The translations under genes were made by a program, and so were the position numbers. Shown piece by piece: positions 18,045 to 28,016 of a stretch of DNA of 64,000 nucleotides (its first letter is position 1; each line of letters starts with the position of its first letter). The notes beneath the pieces are model-generated. The model saw only the letters and a list, made by a program, of their open reading frames with translations, searched no databases and was not told where the DNA came from. Location: NCBI GenBank assembly GCA_045863235.1, contig BTUM01000015.1:32001-96000 (forward strand), read 5' to 3'. Source of the DNA: Candidatus Xenobia bacterium. GTDB taxonomy: Bacteria; Vulcanimicrobiota; Xenobia; Xenobiales; QWHO01.

Positions 18045-18677
18045 TCAGCCTTTGAGCAGGCCCATCTTGCGCAGGTCGACCAGCAGCTGGGTCGGGCTGG
18101 AGAAGAGCACCGCCTGCCAGCCCGCTGAGCGGGCCCCTTCGCAATTGTCCTCCCGATCGTCCACCAGCAGGCACTGCTTGGGCTTGAGCTTGGCCAGCTG
18201 AGCGGCCAGCTTGTAGATCTCCTTCTCAGGCTTGCGCAGACCCACCTGACAGGAGAGCACACAGGGTCGAAAAGGCTGGTAAGCCCCCAGATCGTGCAAC
18301 ACCTTGACGTGGTCGATGATGGTGTTGCTCAGGGCCGCAACCGTGTAACCACGCTTGCTGAGGTTCCAGCAGAAGGTGAGCATGTCCTCATCCAGTTTAG
18401 CGGTGGCCCGCATGGTGTCGCGCCACAGCCAGCGACATTCGTCCCCTTCGGGCGGACGGCCCTGGCCCGCTCGCCACAGGTTCTCGCCCACCTGCTTCCA
18501 GAACTTCTGCGTGTCGATCTTGCCCCGCTCGAGCTCAGGGACCAGGGCCAGCACCTCGCGTCGGACGGCGGTCGGGCTGCTCTGCAGAAGGCCAGCTCCG
18601 ACCAGCATCCAGCGATCCATGTCGGCATGCACGATCACGCCCCCAATGTCGAAGAAGAAGCCCTTGACGCTGCTCAC
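18045..18677 (-). CDS. HAD family phosphatase (YihX-like)
   Basis: FDIGGVI, LSNT, RKP, VDD...N. Confidence 0.92.
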   Translation of the reverse strand: MSSVKGFFFDIGGVIVHADMDRWMLVGAGLLQSSPTAVRREVLALVPELERGKIDTQKFWKQVGENLWRAGQGRPPEGDECRWLWRDTMRATAKLDEDMLTFCWNLSKRGYTVAALSNTIIDHVKVLHDLGAYQPFRPCVLSCQVGLRKPEKEIYKLAAQLAKLKPKQCLLVDDREDNCEGARSAGWQAVLFSSPTQLLVDLRKMGLLKG

Positions 18678-18736
18678 CGGGCCTCTCTTTGCCGGCCCGA
18701 GGCAGGATCCTGGCGGCTGCGACAGAACGCGCGCTG

Positions 18737-19207
18737 GTGCGTTACGAGCTGGAGGTCGATCAGGTCCCCTGTACGGTCGAGATCGCCACGGGTCAGGTGC
18801 GGCTGAATGGCCGCGAGCTGCACGTGGACGACCGTCCCGGCCACCTGCTGCTTGGCACCCGCTCGGTGGCCTACCAGGTGGTGCGCAACCCGGATGGCAC
18901 CCCTCGGGCCGTGGTCCTGCTCGGCAAGGTGATCCCCGTGCGCTACCTGCGCGAGGGACAGAGCCGCCAGCGGCGCGAGGGGGCCAGCGACGGAACGGTG
19001 AAAGCCCCGATGAATGGAGTGGTGGTCCGGATGCTCGCTCATGCTGGCGAGGCTGTGAAAGCCGGCCAGGTGGTGCTGGTGCTGGAAGCCATGAAGATGG
19101 AGAACGAGGTCGCCGCGCCGGTGGCCGGCCGGCTCACCGAGGTGGCTGTCCAGGCTGGCCAGACGGTCAACCCCGGCGAGCCGCTCTTTACGGTAGGAAA
19201 GGATTGA
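18737..19207 (+). CDS. Biotin carboxyl carrier protein
   Basis: APMNG...[10 protein letters not shown] biotinylation motif. Confidence 0.92.
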   Translation: MRYELEVDQVPCTVEIATGQVRLNGRELHVDDRPGHLLLGTRSVAYQVVRNPDGTPRAVVLLGKVIPVRYLREGQSRQRREGASDGTVKAPMNGVVVRMLAHAGEAVKAGQVVLVLEAMKMENEVAAPVAGRLTEVAVQAGQTVNPGEPLFTVGKD

Positions 19208-19214
19208 ACAGACC

Positions 19215-20474
19215 ATGGCAGTCGATGTAGCCCGCTATCCCGAGCCCCAGCTCAGTCCGAGGGTGAAGCCCCGCCGATCCCGCCCCGACCTGGCCCAGCC
19301 GGTCATCGTGTCGGCCGTGCGGACGCCTATCGGGCGCTTTCTGGGGGGACTGTCCGAGTTGACCGCTCCGCGGCTGGGGTCGGTGGCTATCCAGGCGGCC
19401 CTGCAGAAGGCGGGTCTTTCCAGCGACCAGGTGGACGAGGTCATCATGGGCAATGTGCTGGGCGCCGGCGTGGGTCAGAATCCCGCCCGCCAGGCCACGA
19501 TCCTGGCCGGATTGGACAGCTCCACCCCGGCCATGACCATCAACAAGGTCTGTGCCTCGGGTCTGAAAGCCATCGTGCTGGCCAGTCAGGCCATCCGTTG
19601 CGGGGATGCCGAGGTGGTCGTCGCGGGTGGCATGGAGTCGATGTCGAAGGCCCCCTACCTGCTTGACCGGGCCCGCACCGGCTATCGACTCGGACACGGA
19701 CAACTGCTCGACTCGATGATCTGTGACGGCCTCTGGGACTGCTACTACGATTTCCACATGGGCAACACCGGCGAGCTGGTGGCGGAGCGCTACCGTCTGA
19801 GCCGCTCCGAGCAGGACGAATACGCTTACCACAGTCACCGCAAAGCGATCGAGGCCCAGAAGGCAGGTCGGTTCGAGGCTGAGATCGTGCCGGTGGAGGT
19901 GCCCGGCAAGAAAGAGCCTACCCGGGTGGTGAGTGACGAGTCGCCGCGGCCGGATACCAGCCCCGAGACCCTGGCCAAGCTCAAGCCCGCTTTCGTGCAG
20001 GGAGGCACGGTCACGGCTGGAAACGCCCCTTCCGTCAACGACGGGGCGGCCGCGCTGGTGGTGATGGCCGAGAGCCGGGCTCAGGAGCTGGGCCTCAAAC
20101 CCCTGGCCCGGGTGCTGGACGCCTTCAGCTCGGGGGTGGACCCGGCCTGGGTGATGCTGACTCCGGTGCCGGCCGTACGCGGTCTCTTGGGGCGCAATCC
20201 CGATTGGAAGCTCAACGACTTCGATCTGATCGAGCTCAACGAGGCTTTCTCGGTGCAGGCCCTGGCCGTCCAGAAGGAGCTGAGCCTCGACCCCGCCCGG
20301 ATCAACGTGAACGGGGGCGCCGTGGCGCTGGGTCATCCCATCGGAGCCTCGGGCGCACGGATCGTGGTCACCTTGCTGCACGCTCTGCAAGCACGCGGAG
20401 GCGGGCGTGGTCTGGCCACGCTCTGCCTGGGAGGCGGTAATGGCGTGGCGGTGGCTTTTGAAAGCGTGAGTTGA
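19215..20474 (+). CDS. atoB: Acetyl-CoA C-acetyltransferase (thiolase)
   Basis: [29 protein letters not shown]. Confidence 0.95.
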   Translation: MAVDVARYPEPQLSPRVKPRRSRPDLAQPVIVSAVRTPIGRFLGGLSELTAPRLGSVAIQAALQKAGLSSDQVDEVIMGNVLGAGVGQNPARQATILAGLDSSTPAMTINKVCASGLKAIVLASQAIRCGDAEVVVAGGMESMSKAPYLLDRARTGYRLGHGQLLDSMICDGLWDCYYDFHMGNTGELVAERYRLSRSEQDEYAYHSHRKAIEAQKAGRFEAEIVPVEVPGKKEPTRVVSDESPRPDTSPETLAKLKPAFVQGGTVTAGNAPSVNDGAAALVVMAESRAQELGLKPLARVLDAFSSGVDPAWVMLTPVPAVRGLLGRNPDWKLNDFDLIELNEAFSVQALAVQKELSLDPARINVNGGAVALGHPIGASGARIVVTLLHALQARGGGRGLATLCLGGGNGVAVAFESVS

Positions 20475-20517
20475 AGGAACCGGGCACGGCGAGAAGAACT
20501 AACGCCGCGCCCAAGCC

Positions 20518-21351
20518 GTGTTCTTTAATCTCTTCAAGAAGCCGCCGCCCGACCCGGGGGACGAGCCGGAGCCCAAGGCTTCGGCCGACCTGAGTTGGGC
20601 CGGCGAGGTGACGACCCCCCCGCCCCGGCCTCCCACCTCCTCGTTGCCCCCCGCCACTCTGCCCGAGTCGCGCCACCGCACCTCCCATCCAAATATCCCT
20701 GCCTTGCTGCGCGGCGGCCTGACGGTCAAGCTGGCCCCCGAGCGCCAGCCGGGCACTCCCCGCACCTGGGACTCGCGCATTGCTCGCCTGGACCAGGAAG
20801 GCTTCTGGGTGACCCAGGAAAAGGACCCCGATTCCTATCTGGTCAAGGAAGGAGATACCATGACCGTGGTGGTCGTGGAGCAAGGCGAGCGACACATCTT
20901 CGACTGTCCCGTGCTCCGCGTCGAGCATACTCCGGGCAACAACCGCCCCAACGAAGTGTTGCTTGCGCCCCCGGTCCAGAGGAACAAAGAGTTCTCCAGC
21001 AGCACGGGGCAGGGCAAGCGAAAGCACCTGCGCATTCAGGCCGACCTGCCCGGCGAGTGTCGCGAGGTGCGCCCCGACCACGAGTTGGGCCCACCGCTCA
21101 GCATTCACACCATCAATGTCAGCCTGAGCGGACTGGCGTTCAGCTGCAACCGCAACTTCGACACCACCCGGGAGGTGGAGATTCGCCTGCTGGCCTGGAA
21201 GTTTCCGCTCCACCTGCGGGCGACCGTGGTGCGCTCGATCCGTCAGCAGGATGGCACCTTTCTGGTCGCCATCCACTTCCCACCTGACATCTCGCCTATT
21301 ACGCGCGACTTGATCTCTCAGTTCATCCTCGACAATCAGCGCTCGCGCTGA
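20518..21351 (+). CDS. YcgR-like PilZ domain c-di-GMP receptor
   Basis: N-terminal beta domain, then KRKHLR (RxxxR) and NVSLSG (D/NxSxxG). Confidence 0.85.
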   Translation: MFFNLFKKPPPDPGDEPEPKASADLSWAGEVTTPPPRPPTSSLPPATLPESRHRTSHPNIPALLRGGLTVKLAPERQPGTPRTWDSRIARLDQEGFWVTQEKDPDSYLVKEGDTMTVVVVEQGERHIFDCPVLRVEHTPGNNRPNEVLLAPPVQRNKEFSSSTGQGKRKHLRIQADLPGECREVRPDHELGPPLSIHTINVSLSGLAFSCNRNFDTTREVEIRLLAWKFPLHLRATVVRSIRQQDGTFLVAIHFPPDISPITRDLISQFILDNQRSR

Positions 21352-21405
21352 AGGATCTGGCCGGCGCGCAAAAGAAGAGCGGGCGCCCGTAAGGAGCTTT
21401 TTCCC

Positions 21406-22278
21406 ATGCAAGTCGATACCGTCGCCGTCATCGGCTCGGGTACCATGGGCAGCGGCATCGCCCAGGTCTTCGCCCAGAGCGGCTATACCGTCCACCTCAT
21501 CGACGCCTCCGAGGCCGCTCTCGAGCGGGCTCGCAAAGGCATTCAGGCCAGCCTGGACAAGCTGGTCTCCAAGGGAGTGTTGAGCGATGCCGCCGGCCCC
21601 CTGGGCCGCCTTCAGTTCACCCCCCACCTCAAGCAGGCTGCCGGAGCCCAGCTGGTGGTGGAGGCAGTCTTCGAGGATCCGGCCGTCAAGGAAGGCGTTT
21701 TTCGCGAACTGGCCGGAGTCTGCCCCCCCGAGACAGTGTTGGCCTCCAACACCTCCTCCATCTCCATCACCCGCCTGGCGGCCGCTTCCGGGCGCGCCGA
21801 ACGGTTCATGGGGATGCACTTCATGAATCCTGTTCCGCTGATGAAGCTGGTGGAGCTGATTCCGGGAGAGCGCACGGCTCCCGAGGTGCGCAGCCTCGTG
21901 GTGGAGCTGTGCCACAAGCTTGGCAAGACGCCGGTGGAGTGCTCCGACTTCCCTGGCTTTCTCTCCAATCGCATCCTGATGCCCATGATCAACGAGGCGG
22001 TATTCTGCCTGATGGAGGGCGTGGGCGCTCCCGAAGCCATCGACACCGTGATGAAGCTGGGCATGAACCATCCGATGGGGCCGCTGGCCCTGGCCGACCT
22101 GATCGGCCTGGATGTCTGCCTGCACATCATGCAGGTGCTGCACGAGGGGCTGGGCGACAAATACCGTCCCTGCCCGCTGCTGCGTCGGATGGTCGAGGCT
22201 GGCAAGCTGGGCAAGAAGTCCGGCTGCGGTTTTTACGACTATGCCCCCAAACCCGTCACGGCTGGAGCCCCTGCATGA
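21406..22278 (+). CDS. hbd: 3-hydroxybutyryl-CoA dehydrogenase
   Basis: GSGTMGSGIA, SNTSS, GMHFMNP, HPMGPL.LADLIGLD. Confidence 0.95.
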   Translation: MQVDTVAVIGSGTMGSGIAQVFAQSGYTVHLIDASEAALERARKGIQASLDKLVSKGVLSDAAGPLGRLQFTPHLKQAAGAQLVVEAVFEDPAVKEGVFRELAGVCPPETVLASNTSSISITRLAAASGRAERFMGMHFMNPVPLMKLVELIPGERTAPEVRSLVVELCHKLGKTPVECSDFPGFLSNRILMPMINEAVFCLMEGVGAPEAIDTVMKLGMNHPMGPLALADLIGLDVCLHIMQVLHEGLGDKYRPCPLLRRMVEAGKLGKKSGCGFYDYAPKPVTAGAPA

Positions 22279-23303
22279 GAATCACCGCCTCCACTCCCAC
22301 TCGCATCGATCTGGCCGGCGGCACGCTGGACCTCTATCCTCTCTTCTTGTTCGAGCCCCGCAGCCTGACTGTCAACGCCGGGATCAGCCTCCGCTCCCAC
22401 GTGACACTGGAGGAGCTTCCTGGCACGAAGGTGCGCATCCGCTCGCAAGACTTCGATCGCCAGGTGGAGGCTGACAGCCCCGCCCAACTCGACCCGCACG
22501 GCGAGTTGGGCTTGCTCTCACTGGCGGTTCAGCACTATCTGCCCGGGGGCGGGGTGGCGGTGACCACGCGCAACACGGCTCCCCGCGGCTCGGGTCTGGG
22601 GGCCTCCTCCAGCCTGCTGATGGCCCTCTCGGCGGCGCTTTGCAAGAAGGCCGGTCGCGACCTCTCCCGCGAGGAGATCATCCGCATCGGCTCGGGCCTG
22701 GAGGCTCGCAGCCTGGGCATTCCAACCGGCTTGCAGGACTACTTCGGGGCCATGTTCGGCGGCTTCCAGGCGCTGCGCTTCGACGCCGAGGGTAGCCACC
22801 GCGAGAGCCTGGAGTTCTCGCCGGCCTTCTGGCAAGAGCTCGAGCAGGCGGTGGTCGTATCGTTCACGGGGGTGAGCCACTTCTCGGGCACCTCCAACTG
22901 GAACATGCTCAAGCGCTACATCGAGAAGGAAGGCGACACGGTGGCCCGCATGCGGGCAATCGCCGAGACGGCCTGGGAGTTGAAGGCCGCCCTGCAGGCT
23001 CAGGATCTGGCCCAGGTGGCCCGGGCGCTGGGGCGCGAGTGGGAGAACCGAAAGGGCCTGGCCGAGGGAGTGACCACCGCTGAGATCGATGCCATGATCG
23101 CCGTCGCCGCCGAGGCCGGGGCCCTGGCCTCGAAAATCTGCGGAGCCGGTGGAGGAGGATGCCTGCTGACACTGGCTCCTCCCAGCGCCAGGGCGGCCGT
23201 GACACAGGCTTTGACAGGGGCGGGGGCGCAGGTGATGGACGTCAAGCTCGACCCGCAGGGGCTCACGCTGGAGACCGACGTCCCATCGCCGGCGCATGGC
23301 TGA
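22275..23303 (+). CDS. GHMP kinase (HddA/heptose-7-phosphate kinase-like)
   Basis: PTRIDLAGGTLD, PRGSGLGASSS, GLQD, KICGAGGGG; ATGA overlap with hbd. Confidence 0.9.
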   Translation: MRITASTPTRIDLAGGTLDLYPLFLFEPRSLTVNAGISLRSHVTLEELPGTKVRIRSQDFDRQVEADSPAQLDPHGELGLLSLAVQHYLPGGGVAVTTRNTAPRGSGLGASSSLLMALSAALCKKAGRDLSREEIIRIGSGLEARSLGIPTGLQDYFGAMFGGFQALRFDAEGSHRESLEFSPAFWQELEQAVVVSFTGVSHFSGTSNWNMLKRYIEKEGDTVARMRAIAETAWELKAALQAQDLAQVARALGREWENRKGLAEGVTTAEIDAMIAVAAEAGALASKICGAGGGGCLLTLAPPSARAAVTQALTGAGAQVMDVKLDPQGLTLETDVPSPAHG

Positions 23304-24105
23304 CGACGCCGACGTCGAGCTCGACGAGCCAACCCTGGGCAATCGAAGCCTGTCGGTGGCGCTGGGCGTGCTGGTGGTGCTCTCGCTGCTCGTCCTGGGC
23401 TACTACTACCGGCGCCCGGCCGACAGCGAGGCGATCGTGCTGGCTTCGCCCTCCGCCCGCCCTTCGCCGAGCCCCTCGCGGCGAGAGTTGCCGCCCGTGC
23501 CCGAGCCATCGGGCACCATCAAGGTCTACGTGGCAGGCGAGGTCCGCAAGCCGGGAGTGGTGGCCCTGCCTGCCGGCAGTCGGGTGGAGGACGCCCTGGC
23601 CAAAGCCGGGGGCATGACCCCGCGGGCCGATCCTCTGGCCATCAACCTGGCCTCGCGGGTCAAGGACGAGCAGATGATCGTGGTGCCGGCTCGGGGCCAG
23701 GCGGACGCCTCCCCGGTCGAGGTGCAGCCCTCGATTGCCCCCGATCAGAACGAACCGCAAGCGCAGGGGCCCGGACCCGAGCCGGACCCCTCCGAAACGG
23801 CCGCCGAGCCGGGAGGCGAGCCCCCGGCTCCGCCCGAGTCATCCCCGCCTGCGCCGGGCCCCCAGTCTCAGACCGACTGGAGCCAGTACATCAACCAGAA
23901 GCCTTCCGACAGCGTGGCCAGGGTCAGCCTGAACAAAGGCACCCGCGGTGAGCTCGAGTCGGTGCCAGGCATCGGCCCGAGCTCGGCGGCAGCCATCCTG
24001 GAGTATCGCAAGAAGCAGCGCTTCACCTCGGTGGACGATCTGCTCAAAGTGCCCGGGATCAAGGAGAAGAAGCTCGAAGGGATTCGTCCCTACGTGGATC
24101 TCTGA
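23296..24105 (+). CDS. comEA: Competence DNA receptor ComEA (TM-SLBB-HhH)
   Basis: VYVAGEVRKPGV...RVEDAL..AGG, LN...LESVPGIGP, LLKVPGI. Confidence 0.92.
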   Translation: MADDADVELDEPTLGNRSLSVALGVLVVLSLLVLGYYYRRPADSEAIVLASPSARPSPSPSRRELPPVPEPSGTIKVYVAGEVRKPGVVALPAGSRVEDALAKAGGMTPRADPLAINLASRVKDEQMIVVPARGQADASPVEVQPSIAPDQNEPQAQGPGPEPDPSETAAEPGGEPPAPPESSPPAPGPQSQTDWSQYINQKPSDSVARVSLNKGTRGELESVPGIGPSSAAAILEYRKKQRFTSVDDLLKVPGIKEKKLEGIRPYVDL

Positions 24106-24173
24106 GCCGCCAGGATGAGGGGACGAGGGCTTCGCGACGAAGTGGAATCAGTCGTTACCAGGACACCAGGAGG

Positions 24174-24398
24174 ATGAGCGTGAGCAAGTATACCGGAATG
24201 CTGAAGAAGTCCGACCTCGAGGGCGGCGTATGGGTGTTCGTGACCGAGTCGGGCGAGCGATTTCACCTGACCGGGCTGGACGAGAAGTTGCTCAAAGATG
24301 GCCAGAAACTCGAACTGGAGGGCGACTTCGACTCCAACTCGATGGGCATCGGCATGATGGGGCCCACCCTGGCGGTGGCTCGGGCAAAGGCTCTCTGA
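24174..24398 (+). CDS. Small conserved OB-fold-like hypothetical protein
   Basis: AGGAGG RBS; DLEGGVW...GERF.L...MGIGMMGP. Confidence 0.75.
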   Translation: MSVSKYTGMLKKSDLEGGVWVFVTESGERFHLTGLDEKLLKDGQKLELEGDFDSNSMGIGMMGPTLAVARAKAL

Positions 24399-24916
24399 CC
24401 CTGCTCCAGAACTCGCCGGAGGCCTTTCAGGCGCAGCTGCGCGAGGGTCACTACAACGAGTTGCGAGTGGCCCTGCTTTTCATGCTGCGCGGCTACCACA
24501 GCCAGATTCGCTTCACCAACGGACGCTACGACATCACCTTGATGCGAGCCGGTCAGGATGGCACGCGCTCGGTGGAGGTGAAGTGGGATAAACGAGCCTC
24601 CGAGTCGGGCAATCTCTACTTCGAAGTCGAGAACACCCGTCAGCAGAAGCCTTCCGGGGTGATGGCCACCACCGCCGACCTGTGGTGTCACGTGCTGGGG
24701 GAAGGCGAGCGAGGGCTGATTGTCAGTGTGGCCGCCTTACGTCGCTTTCTCAATGAGGGTTCCTGGCGTTCGGTGCACACCCGGGGCGCCGACTCCAACA
24801 GTCGAGGTCTTCTGGTCCCCTGGACAGCGGTCCAGGCCAGTCCAGACTTTCGCTCGGTGCGCTTGCCCACGGTAGAGGACTACTTCGGGGCTATCTTTCG
24901 GCAGGCCAGCTCCTGA
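24395..24916 (+). CDS. PD-(D/E)XK nuclease-like protein of a phage-associated type (start uncertain; possible CTG)
   Basis: GHYNE...YDI...VEVKWD...SGNLYFE...KPSG..ATTADLW. Confidence 0.7.
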   Translation: MTLLQNSPEAFQAQLREGHYNELRVALLFMLRGYHSQIRFTNGRYDITLMRAGQDGTRSVEVKWDKRASESGNLYFEVENTRQQKPSGVMATTADLWCHVLGEGERGLIVSVAALRRFLNEGSWRSVHTRGADSNSRGLLVPWTAVQASPDFRSVRLPTVEDYFGAIFRQASS

Positions 24917-25449
24917 TGCGCTGGACTCGCACCTTCTTTGTCTACGGAGTGCTCTGGCTCACCGTCATCGTCATGGTCAAGGTAGGCTACCTGGTGTTGG
25001 CCAGCTGGCTGTTCGTGGAGGCGCAGGAAAGCCTGCCCAACTTCAGCCAGAAAGTGGAGAGCCTGCAGAAGACCTACCACGACGACCGCGAGGCGCAAGC
25101 CAGGGCCCTGTTCGAGGCGATGCAGCCCATCATCGAGCAAGAGGATTGGGTCAGCATCCGGCTGCTCCTGAGCCTGGCCGTCTTTGCTCCAGTGGGCTTC
25201 CTGGCCGGCCGGCTGAGCGGGGATCCGCGTTGGGCAGGCGGGCTCCCGGTGCTGTCGCTGATCCCACCCGACCCCTCCAACCCGGCTCTTTTGCAGGATT
25301 TTCCTGGCGTGCCGGGGCCTGAGTTGAGCCTTCTGGTCGCTCTCCTGGCGGTGCAGATGATCGCGGTCAGCCTGTTCGCCTGGGGCGGAGCAGTGATCTA
25401 CTGGCGCAAGAAACGCGTACACCGCGACGAGGAGGATACCTTTCGTTAA
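24916..25449 (+). CDS. Membrane protein
   Basis: Three to four hydrophobic segments; TGATG coupling. Confidence 0.75.
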   Translation: MRWTRTFFVYGVLWLTVIVMVKVGYLVLASWLFVEAQESLPNFSQKVESLQKTYHDDREAQARALFEAMQPIIEQEDWVSIRLLLSLAVFAPVGFLAGRLSGDPRWAGGLPVLSLIPPDPSNPALLQDFPGVPGPELSLLVALLAVQMIAVSLFAWGGAVIYWRKKRVHRDEEDTFR

Positions 25450-25484
25450 CAAGCTGGATCGCTTCGGCGTGCTAGATTCCGCTC

Positions 25485-25655
25485 GTGAGCAACGAACGCA
25501 GCAAATCCCAGCGCATCCCCACGGGCCTTTTGCCCTCGCGCCGCGGCAGCGGGCCTTCCAGCTTGCCTTCTCCAGGCCGCCTGACGATCGGTCGCCTGAC
25601 CGGCGCTCCGCGTCTTCCTCGCAAGCCGTCCTCCCGCTACACTCCCGCGCGTTGA
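25485..25655 (+). CDS. Putative 56-aa basic small protein (leaderless)
   Basis: TGcTAGATT-6 nt-GTG; MSNERSKSQRIPTGLLPSRRG...RYTPAR; 12-bp hairpin 25642-25675 at its end. Confidence 0.45.
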   Translation: MSNERSKSQRIPTGLLPSRRGSGPSSLPSPGRLTIGRLTGAPRLPRKPSSRYTPAR

Positions 25656-25766
25656 CCTGTCTGAACGCGCGGGAGCGCAGACAATCTGTTGAACGGCGCC
25701 GCGCCAACTCCTGAAGCGTTCGACGCGCGGCGCCTTACCCTCCCGCGATTCCGAGCGCGTGCGTCA

Positions 25767-26045
25767 TCAGGGCGAGGCCCAGCGCACCTCGAATCCGCGC
25801 AGCAACTGCGGGCTCTCCTCGCTCTGCTCCACCAGGCGGACCCAGGAGCCTTCCGGCCCCCGACGCAGGGCCGCCAGCCAGTGCTCTACCGCCTCGGGAG
25901 AGCCTTCGGCCCAGGCTTCCACGGTGCCCTCAGGTCGGTTCAGCACCCAGCCCATCAGTCCGAGTCGTCCGGCCTGGCTGCGCGTGAAGTAACGAAACCC
26001 CACCCCCTGAACGTCCCCGTGCACCACCACCCGAACCGCCCGCAT
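25767..26045 (-). CDS. acyP: Acylphosphatase
   Basis: VHGDVQGVGFR, GWVLN..GTVE, GP. Confidence 0.93.
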   Translation of the reverse strand: MRAVRVVVHGDVQGVGFRYFTRSQAGRLGLMGWVLNRPEGTVEAWAEGSPEAVEHWLAALRRGPEGSWVRLVEQSEESPQLLRGFEVRWASP

Positions 26046-26203
26046 GCCTCGGCCAATTTCGCATCGACGGTCCAACAGGCCTTCGTGTCACTGTAGAAAC
26101 ATCCGGGTAACACCTTCGACCCGGTCACCGGATAGGATGGTAGCGACCTGAGGGGCTGGTCGGTTTCCATGGGCCAGCCGAGAACGAAAGGGGTTCTATC
26201 AAA

Positions 26204-27382
26204 GTGAACGTCCAGATGACCGCCCATCGGCCCATTCCCGCCACCGGCGCTCCGCCTGCCCAGGCCCAGCAGCCGGCTCAGCCGCCCGCCGGCAAGCCCG
26301 ATGTGGACGAGTTCCAGGCCAACAGCCCCAGCCGTCACGAGCGCACCTTCGAAACCATTTATAACGGCGTGGGCACTCTGGGCGCCCTGACAGACATCGC
26401 CGCCAAGACGGGCCAGGTTCTCAGTCTGGCTGGCCCGCTGGCCGGGTTCCAGGCCGGACCCCTGGCCGGATCGGCTGCCCTGGTGGCCGGCACCTTCGAC
26501 ATCGCCCGCGGCGCCTCGGCCGCCAAGCAGGCCGCCGTCAATCGCGACGGCCTGGGATCGCTGGCCGGCAGCCTGCAAGTGGTGCAGGGCCTGGCCACCT
26601 ATGCCGCCGCCCTGGCCCCCGCCTTCGGAGGCCCGGGCGTTGCCAGCGCCGTCGCCGCCGGTGTGGCTGTGGCCGCCTGGGCCGGACGCAAGGGCGTGGC
26701 CGCCTACGCCAAAGCCCAGGCTGCGCGCGCCGGCGAGGAGAAAGAAGCTTCTTCTCCGTCCTCCCAGCCCGCCGCTCCCTCCAACCCTTCCGTTCCGGGC
26801 AGCTCGCCCCAGCCGTTGGCTCTGGCCTCGACCCCTTCGGGCTCGACGGGCCTTGCGACCGCTGGCATCGAAGAGGCTGATCGCAGCCGCAAGTTCGAGC
26901 AGAGCTTCGCCTTCGTCAACTCGGTGGACCAGTTCTTCCGCGGCATCGGCGGCATCGCTTCCTTTTGGAACGTCGCCGGCGGCGTCTTTTCCGGCAGCGC
27001 GAGCGGCGGACTGTTCGGCATCCCGGGCCTGGGCTTCATCGGCTCGGGCTACACCGTGGCCACGGGTGTGGCCATGACCAAGCACTCGGCCATCAACCGC
27101 AACATGGACGGCACCATCGACGGCGCTCTGCAGACCGTCGGCGGTCTGGCCGCGGTGGCTACCTGCTTGCTCGGTCCGGCCGGAATGGCCCGCATTCCCG
27201 CCATCGTGGCTGCCGGTGCCTTCGTGGCCCGCACAGCCTATCAGATCTACTCCACCTCCAAGCGGTTCGGTGACGGGGACGACAAAGAGAAGAAGAGCCT
27301 CCCTCTCATCGCCGCTCAGGCGGTCATGGACAAGGCCAACCCGTTCGCTGACTCGCGCGGGATGGAGAAGGCCGCCCTCTAG
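26204..27382 (+). CDS. Ala/Gly-rich hydrophobic protein with internal duplication
   Basis: AAAGGGG RBS; disordered N-terminus; two homologous halves with long amphipathic/hydrophobic helices. Confidence 0.8.
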   Translation: MNVQMTAHRPIPATGAPPAQAQQPAQPPAGKPDVDEFQANSPSRHERTFETIYNGVGTLGALTDIAAKTGQVLSLAGPLAGFQAGPLAGSAALVAGTFDIARGASAAKQAAVNRDGLGSLAGSLQVVQGLATYAAALAPAFGGPGVASAVAAGVAVAAWAGRKGVAAYAKAQAARAGEEKEASSPSSQPAAPSNPSVPGSSPQPLALASTPSGSTGLATAGIEEADRSRKFEQSFAFVNSVDQFFRGIGGIASFWNVAGGVFSGSASGGLFGIPGLGFIGSGYTVATGVAMTKHSAINRNMDGTIDGALQTVGGLAAVATCLLGPAGMARIPAIVAAGAFVARTAYQIYSTSKRFGDGDDKEKKSLPLIAAQAVMDKANPFADSRGMEKAAL

Positions 27383-27386
27383 AACA

Positions 27387-28016
27387 GTGGGGGGGCTGTT
27401 CAAGCAGGCTGATCCGCGGAGCGTCCTGCCCCGGCTCTGCAAGCAGGCGCTGGAGACCGAGTCGGCCAGCACGCCCGCCATAGCCGAGGCGGCGGCCCGC
27501 GTTGGCCTGCCCGTGTCGGAGGCTCAGAAGGCAGCTCTGGACTATGAGCAGGCCAATGTGCTCTGGCTGGCTCTGATCCTGGAGAAGAAGGTCGACACCC
27601 GGGTGCTGGCCCCCCTGGCCATGCCTGCGACCGCCTCCGGCATCGACCTGATGAAAGACACGCCCCGCATCAACTGGTTGCGCAAGGGGGCTCGCTGGCT
27701 GTACGAGGCCAACGACGAGAAGGCTTTCGAGAAGCTTTGGGACATGGCCAGCGTGCCCTTTGAGTTCCCGCCCGACGGCGCATGGAGAGACTTCATCATG
27801 CAGTGGCTCATGCGCTTGTTCAACAACATCACCGATCTCGCTCCCGCGCCGCGTCGGCCGCTTCCGGTGGACATTCGCATCGAAACGGTGGGAAACAAGC
27901 TGGCGGCCCGTCTGTTCCCCGATCTGCCCCACCTGCCCGAGCGCGACAAGAAGGAGCTGAGCTCGGCCATCGGGGGCCCCATTCAGGCCATGCTGAAAGG
28001 CAAGATCAAGGTTTAG
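27387..28016 (+). CDS. Hypothetical helical protein
   Basis: GTG 4 nt after upstream stop; coding-like composition. Confidence 0.7.
   Translation: MGGLFKQADPRSVLPRLCKQALETESASTPAIAEAAARVGLPVSEAQKAALDYEQANVLWLALILEKKVDTRVLAPLAMPATASGIDLMKDTPRINWLRKGARWLYEANDEKAFEKLWDMASVPFEFPPDGAWRDFIMQWLMRLFNNITDLAPAPRRPLPVDIRIETVGNKLAARLFPDLPHLPERDKKELSSAIGGPIQAMLKGKIKV

Noticed and set aside
24395..24916. Prophage or restriction-modification island
   Set aside because: No integrase, structural or methyltransferase genes, and no compositional shift
26108..26135. sigma28 promoter upstream of 26204
   Set aside because: Sequence reads TAAC...ACCGGATAG, not GCCGATAA; a sigma70-like TAGGAT explains it as well
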